A stretch of DNA of 64,000 bases. It comes from an uncultured virus (IMG/VR IMGVR_UViG_3300018414_000001). Its lineage: Duplodnaviria > Heunggongvirae > Uroviricota > Caudoviricetes. Below, one piece after another: positions 21,333 through 28,984 of this stretch (the first letter of the stretch is position 1; the number at the start of each line of letters is the position of its first letter). Where the stretch lies: the IMG/VR virus record IMGVR_UViG_3300018414_000001. One strand, given 5' to 3'. Below the pieces are notes generated by a model that worked only from the letters and a program-made list of their open reading frames with translations, was not told the DNA's origin and ran no database searches. Made by a program: the position numbers and the translations under genes.

Positions 21333-21960
21333 CGCGCGTCTCCGGGAATTGCTCTGAGATCGGGGTCATCAGGTCCATGCCGATTTCCTCGGCCAGTTCG
21401 GCGGCTTCATGACGCCTACCGTTGCGCTCCTTCACGACCGTCGCTGGTCGGGTGTCTTGCTCGTGCATCCAGCACCCCTCGGACAACCACCTTGGGGCGG
21501 TCTTCTGGTAATTCGGGTCCTCCCGAAACGGATAGGTCAGCAGCCCTGTCATGATTTCCTCGGCACTCGCGATCTTCCTGGCGGCGGAATACGCCTTCTC
21601 GGCCAGGAGACGCCCTCCCTCGGATTTTTTCGGGTAGTGGGACCAGAACCGATCAAACTCCGCCGCCAGATTGGACGCGATGGTGACCGGCCGAGGCTTC
21701 GGCGCCACGGTCAACGCTCCACGCGATGCTCCACGCGAAGCGTCCTGTGGAGCATGACCGGTCGCGGCGTCGTAAGCACGCACCGCAGTCCAAAGCCGTT
21801 GCCTCCAAGCCGGGCGGAACTTCCAATCGGGGGAGTCTTCTCGGGTTCCCTCACGGGCAGCCTCAACCAACTCGTGCAGAATTTGCACAAGTTCAGGCGA
21901 TTGGAGGGATGTCGTCCCAGATGGCGGGAGGGTCATTGGAGGAAAGTCGTTTGGGTTCAT
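21286..21960 (-). CDS. Protein carrying a replication-initiator C-terminal-like domain
   Basis: FDRFWSHYPKK..AEKAYSAARKIASAEEIMTGL..Y.F, similar to the C-terminus of the upstream gene. Confidence 0.6.
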   Translation of the reverse strand: MNPNDFPPMTLPPSGTTSLQSPELVQILHELVEAAREGTREDSPDWKFRPAWRQRLWTAVRAYDAATGHAPQDASRGASRGALTVAPKPRPVTIASNLAAEFDRFWSHYPKKSEGGRLLAEKAYSAARKIASAEEIMTGLLTYPFREDPNYQKTAPRWLSEGCWMHEQDTRPATVVKERNGRRHEAAELAEEIGMDLMTPISEQFPETRDGKLTARPADYAVAD

Positions 21961-22801
21961 GGGCTGATTCCGGTTTGGGGAATTGATCTTTGATTGGTGT
22001 TGCGAAGTCCAAAGTCAGATCGAGTTCATGGCCGTTCACCTTCTGCGCGATGGTGACGGGTGCGGTGTCCGGCTGCGTCAACCACCGCTTCTGATGAAGC
22101 CACGTCGCTGCCATGGGAAGCCACGCCGGATCGAACTCATATCGCCGCAGCCCGTCCATGATGGTCTCGAAGGATGCCAGTTTCCTGGCAATCTTGAATT
22201 TCGGCAGGCACGCCCCAGGCCCTTCCTTTTTTCGAGGGTAGATAGCCCAGAATTGGGCATGCTCGTCTTCCAGTGACCCCGCTAAATGGCGCGAGCGACG
22301 CGAGCGTGAATCTCCCTCTGACTCTGACTCTGTCTCTTCTCTCTTTCTTTCTCTTACTCTGTCTTTAAGGGGTGGGTTAACCCCCCCCGTTATCCTAAAG
22401 CGATAACCTGACCCGTTATCTACGCCTGGAAGGTTGCCAGTTAAAAGGGGATTACCCCCCTGCAAACCATATTCCTTGCCTTTTTCCCTAGCGGCGTTAT
22501 CCCTCACAAGCCGTCTTGACTTGATCATGCCGTCTTCTGAACGGCTAAAAACCCCATTAGTTTCAAGTTCTTGCAATAAGGCGGCGACTTCCTTTTCAGT
22601 TGTCATGCCTACCATCGCGGCGATCTGTTTGTTAGTTGGAGGCTTCCCGTTCAGGGACAAATGACCGTAGGGTTTACCCCCGTGCATGAACGAAAGAAGG
22701 TCGATCCACAGTCCGCGAGCCGCCAATCCACACACCCGTAAACCTTCGTCTCCGCGCCAATGATCGAAGCGCCATTTTACCCATGAGACCGCTTCGGTCA
22801 T
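21893..22801 (-). CDS. Phage replication initiator protein
   Basis: W.KW..DHWRGDEGLRVCGLAARGLWIDLL, LQELE..GVFSR..G.I.SRRLVRD, GGNP, FWAIYPRK. Likely start MTEAVS at 22801. Confidence 0.8.
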   Translation of the reverse strand: MTEAVSWVKWRFDHWRGDEGLRVCGLAARGLWIDLLSFMHGGKPYGHLSLNGKPPTNKQIAAMVGMTTEKEVAALLQELETNGVFSRSEDGMIKSRRLVRDNAAREKGKEYGLQGGNPLLTGNLPGVDNGSGYRFRITGGVNPPLKDRVRERKREETESESEGDSRSRRSRHLAGSLEDEHAQFWAIYPRKKEGPGACLPKFKIARKLASFETIMDGLRRYEFDPAWLPMAATWLHQKRWLTQPDTAPVTIAQKVNGHELDLTLDFATPIKDQFPKPESAHEPKRLSSNDPPAIWDDIPPIA

Positions 22802-22854
22802 CAGATTTTCCACCGTTTTGTGCAATGCAACACGGTTTTTTCTCCCCTGTTGAC

Positions 22855-23013
22855 TCAGGCCGGAACGGCTTCGGGGGTCCGTTGTAATTTGGCTTCGACA
22901 GCCTCGCGCACGAGATCGGTGATAGTGGTGTCCCGGAGCGCGGCCTCGGTTTTGAGGTCTCGCGCCAGTTTGATCGGCAGACGGACAGCTACGATCTTGG
23001 TGGAATCGGACAT
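22855..23013 (-). CDS. 52 aa RHH (ParG/CopG-like) protein
   Basis: Manual translation MSDSTKIVAVRLPIKLARDLKTEAALRDTTITDLVREAVEAKL. TTGACA upstream at 23062-23067. Confidence 0.7.
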   Translation of the reverse strand: MSDSTKIVAVRLPIKLARDLKTEAALRDTTITDLVREAVEAKLQRTPEAVPA

Positions 23014-23089
23014 GCCTAACCTCGCTAACTATCAAAGAAATTAGCGCGCCAGCCACAAAACTGTCAACCCCCTCCATGAGTAGATTCCC

Positions 23090-23536
23090 CTATTCGTCCG
23101 TTGGTGCTGATTGAGGACCGCTCAGAACCCGCACGGTTCCGTTCGGAAACACCAGATGCACGGTCTTCCCGCGCCGCCTCGCATATCTCACGGTTGACCA
23201 TGTTCCAGAGCGAATCTGTTCCTCGACCTCGAACGGTGCTGCGACCAAACATGCAGTGGAATCAACGATTCCCTTGTTTCGTTCGAGATAGGGCCGCGGT
23301 GGCGAAGCGGTATCACCGGGCTGGAAGCAGAACGCCCGCTTTTTCGGATCGGTTGGCGGGTGAATATGGATTCGGCACCCGACAGACCGGGCGATGTCGT
23401 CGGCCTGATCGTCGGACCCTTCGCAATCTCCGTGATGCACGGTGACCGCTCCGAGATCGAGGAACAGGCGCTGGACCGCGACACGCTGTTGGTCCGTCAT
23501 CCCTCTTTGCGTCCCGGAGAAGCCGATGGCGGTCAT
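23090..23536 (-). CDS. SLOG-superfamily (YspA/DprA-like) protein
   Basis: IGFSGTQRGMT, HHGDCEGSD, YLERNKGIVD, SGTWSTVRYA. Confidence 0.75.
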   Translation of the reverse strand: MTAIGFSGTQRGMTDQQRVAVQRLFLDLGAVTVHHGDCEGSDDQADDIARSVGCRIHIHPPTDPKKRAFCFQPGDTASPPRPYLERNKGIVDSTACLVAAPFEVEEQIRSGTWSTVRYARRRGKTVHLVFPNGTVRVLSGPQSAPTDE

Positions 23537-23720
23537 AGCAAAACGCTCCGCACCACCTTCGCCCGGCCATCCCTCTTTATCCTGGTCACCATTAGTGGCC
23601 AGACCGCCTTATGCCCATAGACCCACCGCTGGACGGTTCGGGCGGACACACTGAGCGCGCAGGCTATCCGGTGCGTGGGGATACCCCTGGCACGCCAGGA
23701 CCGGGCTTTCTCCTGGGGCG

Positions 23721-24617
23721 TCACTCCGCGGGGACCACCGATTCGGCTGGAGCCGGTAACTCCAGGGCCAATGCGATCCGGGCGAGTCCCTTCGTTGTCA
23801 CCCGAACCCGAGAGACCTCCTGGGTGCTTCCACCAGCCAAGGTGATCGAGTTGGTCGCCATGGTCAGAACCCCTTGGTGGATTCGGTTCTGGTAGGCCGC
23901 CCACTCTCCCCGGCCGCCGGGCCGATAAATCCATTGGTTCTTGGCCAGCCACTCAAAAAGCCTACTTGGTTGTAAATTCAACGTCTTAGCCGCGATTGTT
24001 ATGCTGAATGTGCCATCGTGGGAGGCGAACCGATCATGGGCGGCGGCAAGGGCATCCGCCTTCTGGGCTATTTCATCGCGTTGCATCGCAACATGCTCAA
24101 CCCTGGCATCTGCCGCTATCAACCGGGTGGCGTAGTCCCCGATCAACCCCAGAACCCGCGTAGGGTCACGAAGCAGTTCCATCATGGCGGCGGCCGGGTC
24201 CGCGGGGATAGCGGGGGCCACGACAGCCGGAACGGCGGAATAGGAGCCGGTTTTGCGGATAGCCGGGAACACGACCTCTGTCGCCCAGGTCTGGAACGCA
24301 TCGGCCACGGGTTTGTCCGACCGCATGACGAGCCGGTAGAAGCCGGATTCCGAGATTACGATGAGCGATTGCACCTGGAGACCGATCTCAGGCATCACGG
24401 CACGGATACCAGGCGTCAAAGTAAGGGTATGCCGTTCATGCTCTTTGAGCCGGGAAGCCGCCCGGCTGGGCTGTGTCAAACCCAGCACGCGACCGACATC
24501 GGTCAGGACGAACCAAGGGTCACCGTTCCGCAAGATGGTCCGTATCGGGGCGTCGCCGAACCGCCATTCCTGCGCCTGCCCCCATTCGTTAGTTAGAGGT
24601 TCGATTTCGTTAGACAT
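23721..24617 (-). CDS. BRO-N / KilA-C (ANT) phage antirepressor
   Basis: DPWFVLTDVGRVLGL, ISESGFYRLVMRSDKP..FQTW..EV.PAIRKTGSY, RVTTKGLARI. Confidence 0.9.
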   Translation of the reverse strand: MSNEIEPLTNEWGQAQEWRFGDAPIRTILRNGDPWFVLTDVGRVLGLTQPSRAASRLKEHERHTLTLTPGIRAVMPEIGLQVQSLIVISESGFYRLVMRSDKPVADAFQTWATEVVFPAIRKTGSYSAVPAVVAPAIPADPAAAMMELLRDPTRVLGLIGDYATRLIAADARVEHVAMQRDEIAQKADALAAAHDRFASHDGTFSITIAAKTLNLQPSRLFEWLAKNQWIYRPGGRGEWAAYQNRIHQGVLTMATNSITLAGGSTQEVSRVRVTTKGLARIALALELPAPAESVVPAE

Positions 24618-24826
24618 TTTGTTAGTCTCCTACTGGTTGCGCGGGTAGCGAGACAAGTTCATACCATTCTACATCGGTGCCTCTGGGCCCATTGACGAGC
24701 GAGAGGCTCTCCCAATGGTCCAGATTGCCTCGCACAGATGCGACGTAGCGAAACTTGCTAATTGCAGCCATCAAGCCAATAAGCGCGTCTGGCGGGATGC
24801 TTTCGTCCAGTGTCGCGATCAGAACC

Positions 24827-25537
24827 TTAGTAGACGTGTTCGGCATGGCTTGGCTCCTTGATCTCCTGTTGAACGCTTCGTGTCGGCACGCGGTTCGGCG
24901 GTTTGAAGGGAGGGACGCCAAAGACAGCCCCGAAGTTCCCGCCTTCGTCGGCGTCCCACTGTTCCTTGGCGAGTTTGGCGGACCAGCCTCTGGGGCGATG
25001 GCCACCATGCTTTTTGATCCACCCGAGGATATCGGCCTCGGTGTACTGTTCATCGTCCGCGCTGTAACTGACGACCTCCAACAGGTCCGTCATCGGCACG
25101 CCACGAACGAACAGGTCAATCGCATACCGCTCCGTCGTGAAATCGTCGGCACCCTGTAATACGCTGGTGAGATATTTCTTCTCCAACGCCAAGGTGTAAA
25201 TCTGGACCGCGAGTTCCGCCTCCCGTAAATTCATGCGGAACAATTCGGCGATGTCGCTGTTATCCTCGATAGTGGGTTCGCGCCGTTCAAGTTCTCTGAC
25301 GGTGACTCGCATCCTCTGCGGCTGTGTGTCGGGCACGGGGAGATATCTGACGGCGACACGAATAAGCGCCCTCGCTTGCAGCAAGCGGAGTTGGTCGGCA
25401 GCCTCTTTGTCATCCCATGTGAAATAGTCATGCAGAGGGGAGTTTGGGTTTCTCGCGTCCTCAAGAACGGCCTCCGGGCGCAATTCCCCGTGGGTGCGCC
25501 GGATCAGTTCAAGATGCTCGCGTTGAATTGGGGTCAT
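24827..25537 (-). CDS. Conserved phage protein, candidate partner of the RAMP-like gene
   Basis: LELIRRTHGELRPEAVLEDARNPNSPLHDYFTWDDKEAA..RLLQARALIR motif. Start MTPIQ at 25537. Confidence 0.7.
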   Translation of the reverse strand: MTPIQREHLELIRRTHGELRPEAVLEDARNPNSPLHDYFTWDDKEAADQLRLLQARALIRVAVRYLPVPDTQPQRMRVTVRELERREPTIEDNSDIAELFRMNLREAELAVQIYTLALEKKYLTSVLQGADDFTTERYAIDLFVRGVPMTDLLEVVSYSADDEQYTEADILGWIKKHGGHRPRGWSAKLAKEQWDADEGGNFGAVFGVPPFKPPNRVPTRSVQQEIKEPSHAEHVY

Positions 25538-26010
25538 TCGCTCGCGCCTCCGCAACGGATACAAAGTCTGTTGCCCGGGCCGTCACTCATGAACAGTTTC
25601 TCGCAGCGTAAGCACTTTCGCTGCGCGCGACGGTCGGCAGAACTGATGGTTGGCCGATTGGTCTGAGCCATATAAGGAGTAGGAGGATTAACCGGAGCGA
25701 CCGCAGCCGGTTTGAATATCTGCGCGGTTCTTTTTCTCATTGGGCATAAGGAAGCCACGGGATCAGAGACTCGCCTAAGAGGCATCGGCCGAGGAGCCAG
25801 TTTCATTCTGCTGCGCGCGCAATAGACCATGGCGATATACGGAAACTCCATTATCTTCATGATTTCTGAGCCGACGACACCGTCGTTCCAAAGCTTGGCG
25901 AACTGCGCCTTCTTTTCTTTTGACCATGGCGGCCCGTAGCGGCGGTTATGGCCAGCACCCATCGGACAACCGAAGCTGCTTAGCATCGGTTCTGCTTTCC
26001 GTTTTGTCAT
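25534..26010 (-). CDS. GcrA-like N-terminal HTH plus C-terminal Zn ribbon
   Basis: WSKEKKAQFAKLWNDG..SEI; RKCLRCEKLFMSDGPGNRLCIRC. Confidence 0.55.
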   Translation of the reverse strand: MTKRKAEPMLSSFGCPMGAGHNRRYGPPWSKEKKAQFAKLWNDGVVGSEIMKIMEFPYIAMVYCARSRMKLAPRPMPLRRVSDPVASLCPMRKRTAQIFKPAAVAPVNPPTPYMAQTNRPTISSADRRAQRKCLRCEKLFMSDGPGNRLCIRCGGASE

Positions 26011-26204
26011 GTCGCCACCATAACCGGATGCTCGTCTTTAGGATCGCGCACCGTAGTCGGGTAACGCCGGTCCAGATATCGGCAGCGCATACATAGCCGG
26101 AGGTTCTGACTGCCGAACCGATGACCACTAAGGTCACATTCGTCTATAGGTGCTGCCGTCGAGGGCACGATTGTAAATTGCAACATACTGCGCCTCACGA
26201 TCAT
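26007..26204 (-). CDS. 65 aa hypothetical protein downstream of the array
   Basis: GAGGAG RBS then ATG at 26204 (MIVRRSMLQF...). ATGA overlap with the next gene. Confidence 0.55.
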   Translation of the reverse strand: MIVRRSMLQFTIVPSTAAPIDECDLSGHRFGSQNLRLCMRCRYLDRRYPTTVRDPKDEHPVMVAT

Positions 26205-26220
26205 TTTGCTCCTCGGGTTT

Positions 26221-26245
26221 GGGGTGTCGTTATTACCGACACCCC
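26221..26245 (-). terminator. 9-bp hairpin closing the array (no U-tract on the minus strand; terminator or processing stem)
   Basis: GGGGTGTCG-GTAATAA-CGACACCCC. Confidence 0.55.
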
Positions 26246-26896
26246 TCCCCGCGTTGCGTTGCCTGTCCAGTCCCGGCCACGCGAAGCTTTGCCTAGCCGT
26301 TCCAAGCCTGCGAAGCCTCTCCCGGCGATTTCGTACCGAGCCGGGCCTCGCCATACCAAGCCACTCCTGCGTAGCCCTGCCGTGCCAGTCGCGGCCACTC
26401 GTGACCGCGCCGGGCCTAGCCTGGCCCATCCAAGCCTGCGCTGCCGATCCGTGCGACGCCATTCCAATCGACGCCGCGCCGAGCCTGCGTCGCCATGCCC
26501 GGCTATTCCGTGCCAAGCCTTGCTTGTCGCGGCCTCGCCATTCCTGCGATGCCCCGCCACGCGTAGCCGTTCGTCGTCTCGCGACGCCTCTCGACGCTTG
26601 CGAAGCGTTGCGTGGCCGTGCCAACCCACACCAATCCGCGTCGTTCCTTGCCTAGCCTGCGGTGCCACGCCGCGCCTGTCGTGACCGTTCCTGTCCTCGC
26701 ACCGCCTTGCCTGCGGAGCCAAGCCAAACGTCGCCTCGCCGCTCGCCGCCTTGCCGTTCCTGCGCTGCCCAACCAATCCGGGCCAATCGCGGCGCAGCCG
26801 TACCGTCCGTGCCATTCCTGCGTTTCCAACCCTATCCGCGCGTCTCCTGGCCCCGCCTCGGCGTGCCGTGCCAGCCCTGACCACACCTGCCATGCC
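26244..26896 (-). ncRNA. Array of 11 guide-like units of (GGN/CGN)NN pentamers separated by CGCA (VIPR-type RNA array)
   Basis: Separators seen on + as cctgcg/cttgcg at 26307, 26366, 26435, 26484, 26543, 26597, 26656, 26710, 26759, 26817, plus cctgcc at 26886. Spacings are 59,69,49,59,54,59,54,49,58,69, i.e. 5n+4 with one 1-nt exception. Confidence 0.85.
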
Positions 26897-26916
26897 AAAC
26901 AAAGGGGAGCGAACCC

Positions 26917-27678
26917 TCAAGCCGCATCGGCCTCTCTAACCAGTTGATCCGCATGTTGCCGTTGTGATCCTGATGAAATCGACCGGGAAGCCAATCCGTT
27001 GTCCAACTGCGTTTCGCCCTCTTGGACGATATCGAATGTGCCGAAGCCGATGCCCGCCGACATTTTGGAATCCGGCCTTCCTTCCCCAATTCCCCCTTGC
27101 GCTCCAACCCGGGCCAAGAGGTTGATGACATCGGCGGGGGAGAATTGATCAGCGTCGAACTTCACCCGAAGGGTCGCGCCCCATCCGCCAGCGGGCCACT
27201 GCGGCCGCACACGAAGGTCAACCACTCCTGTCGCGTTTCGCGCGGCCATCACGGATCGTTCGGGCCTGCCGCCGGTAATCCGAACCAACGGCGTCCCATC
27301 GTCCGCGTCCCACCCGTCCGCGATAATGAACAGACTGAGTTTCGCCAACGTCATCTTGAACCCCACCAATCGGCAGGCCGAGATCATGCCGTTGCGAAAA
27401 GCCCCCGCCGCGATGCCATCCCATCCTTCGCGGGACAGATGACGCGCACCGTTAAACACGGCGTCGAAATCTTTAGGCTCGCGCTTCCGCCCCTTGTTGC
27501 TCTGGGACCCGGCCTGTTGGGTAGTCGCGATCTGCTCCAACGCCTTCGTTGAGAACTTGTTGATCATCAGGGGAGCCGTTCCGACGATATCGACAACCAA
27601 TTCCCTTAAATTCGGTGGACTGATCAAGACCTGTGTCTGCATCCCCACCGAGGCTTTAGTCGCTGCTCTTGCCATCAT
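26917..27678 (-). CDS. RAMP/Cas7-like RNA-binding protein (Vipr-like effector)
   Basis: VDIVGTAPLMI first strand, GIAAGAFRNGMISAC helix and C-terminal Gly-rich loop GGIGEGRP..GIGFGTF. AAGGAG RBS. The array begins about 20 nt after the stop. Confidence 0.8.
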   Translation of the reverse strand: MMARAATKASVGMQTQVLISPPNLRELVVDIVGTAPLMINKFSTKALEQIATTQQAGSQSNKGRKREPKDFDAVFNGARHLSREGWDGIAAGAFRNGMISACRLVGFKMTLAKLSLFIIADGWDADDGTPLVRITGGRPERSVMAARNATGVVDLRVRPQWPAGGWGATLRVKFDADQFSPADVINLLARVGAQGGIGEGRPDSKMSAGIGFGTFDIVQEGETQLDNGLASRSISSGSQRQHADQLVREADAA

Positions 27679-27697
27679 TTAACTCCTTGTTGGTCGT

Positions 27698-27732
27698 GTG
27701 GCCTATGTGGCCACCGGAGTTAATTCTGTCAA
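27698..27732 (-). promoter_or_regulatory. Promoter TTGACA-N17-CACATA overlapped by palindrome GTGGCC-N5-GGCCAC
   Basis: -35 at 27732-27727; palindrome at 27698-27714. Confidence 0.65.
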
Positions 27733-27941
27733 CCTTTAATTTCCCTTTGCTGCTTTTTTTCCGCCATCAATGCGAGAACAACTCTGGTCTGTTTGGGAAC
27801 CTTCTTCATTCCCCGATAGCGTCTCGCCTGCCTGGGGCTGATTTCAAGCAGCGCGGCAACTCTCCTGTCCATTTCCAGGACGGGGAGAGTGATCGAAATT
27901 CCATTGGCCCTCAAAAGAGTGGCATACGCCTGGTCTATCAA
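27729..27941 (-). CDS. Small HTH regulator
   Basis: RRVAALLEISPRQARRYRG..KVPKQTRVVLAL. Confidence 0.6.
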   Translation of the reverse strand: MIDQAYATLLRANGISITLPVLEMDRRVAALLEISPRQARRYRGMKKVPKQTRVVLALMAEKKQQREIKG

Positions 27942-28984
27942 TGGAACTCCGTCCCGCCCTTTCGGGTCAGATATTCTGGAGATATGTATTTCACGATGAC
28001 ACGCCCGATCCGGGGGTCTGTCCGCTCTTTTTGTGATCTCACGACGACTCCTTCTCGCATATGCGCCATATTACCGGATATGGTCGCACCTGAAGCCAGC
28101 CGCTCGACGATGCCGCCAACAAGGGGGCCGCTGTAGAGAATCGGAACCGACGGCGCGATCTCTCCGACAACCCGATTGAATTCCTCCCGGTTAAGCCACC
28201 GGCCGCGCCCCGGAGTGCCCAGGTAAATATCGAAGGCCGAGAAAGTCGGTTCTGCCTGCCCATACGACAGGTCTTGAACCGTGCCGCCGTATATCTCCCC
28301 GAAAACAGTAGCAGACCGGCCATTGAAGGCCCCTCTTAACCGGCGTCTCATTCCAAATGCTGCTTTGAGGTAAAGGTTCTCAGGATTGGGTGCCTTCAGG
28401 ACGTGTCCTGTCTCGCCCAGGCTCTTGCTGTAAACAAGGGTGTCGCCGTCCGGAAGCCGAGGGTCGTTCAAGCCGGGAAGGTAGCCTATGGCGCACATGG
28501 TCCCGTGCAGCTTTTCGGTGATCTCGACTGGCTCTCCGTTCCTGACGACATGAGGCCAGCGCCGGGCGCTTCGTATATCGTAAGCGACTGTCGAACCAGG
28601 AAGAAAGATGCACTCCCCCCTCCATGGGGTGGGGATGGGTTGTTCGTATTTGACCACCCCAAGGGAAACTGAAACATCCTCTCCCACCTTCCCGCGGGGG
28701 ATAGGGCCGATCAGAATACCCTCACTGAACGCCCCCCGGAGCCTGTAGGGCCGCACCCGATTCTTCTTCTCCCCGAATAGCTTGGCCTGCCCTTTGAGGG
28801 ACGCCGCAAGATCACCGGGTAGCACGGAGTCAGGCGGCAGGTAGATGGCGTTATCGGAATTCCCGTAACGTCCTTTGGGCACAATCACATCGATATCGAA
28901 AACCTTGGCGAGTTCAATCTCGTCGGCCCCTGGGATGGGACTAATCGACTCAATCCGAACCACGGGGCAAGAAAAATCGCTCAC
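27938..28984 (-). CDS. ATP-dependent RNA ligase, DRB0094/Rnl2-like family
   Basis: N-terminal PIPGADEIELA, motif I TEKLHGT, VFGEIYG, FDI, REGVVV, K.ISPEYL. Confidence 0.9.
   Translation of the reverse strand: MSDFSCPVVRIESISPIPGADEIELAKVFDIDVIVPKGRYGNSDNAIYLPPDSVLPGDLAASLKGQAKLFGEKKNRVRPYRLRGAFSEGILIGPIPRGKVGEDVSVSLGVVKYEQPIPTPWRGECIFLPGSTVAYDIRSARRWPHVVRNGEPVEITEKLHGTMCAIGYLPGLNDPRLPDGDTLVYSKSLGETGHVLKAPNPENLYLKAAFGMRRRLRGAFNGRSATVFGEIYGGTVQDLSYGQAEPTFSAFDIYLGTPGRGRWLNREEFNRVVGEIAPSVPILYSGPLVGGIVERLASGATISGNMAHMREGVVVRSQKERTDPRIGRVIVKYISPEYLTRKGGTEFH

Noticed and set aside
26313..26367. Target assignment for unit U10
   Set aside because: Neither orientation gave a motif I could recognise with confidence.
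26244..26896. Classical CRISPR array
   Set aside because: No 23-50 nt direct repeats with unique spacers and no cas1/cas2; the constant separator is only 4-6 nt.
26121..26947. Long Arg/Gly/Ala-rich ORFs over the pentamer array (26201..26920, 26206..26655, 26503..26898 and others)
   Set aside because: The 5-nt periodicity is out of step with codons, and the GGC-rich text is stop-poor in several frames on both strands, so these are by-products of the array.
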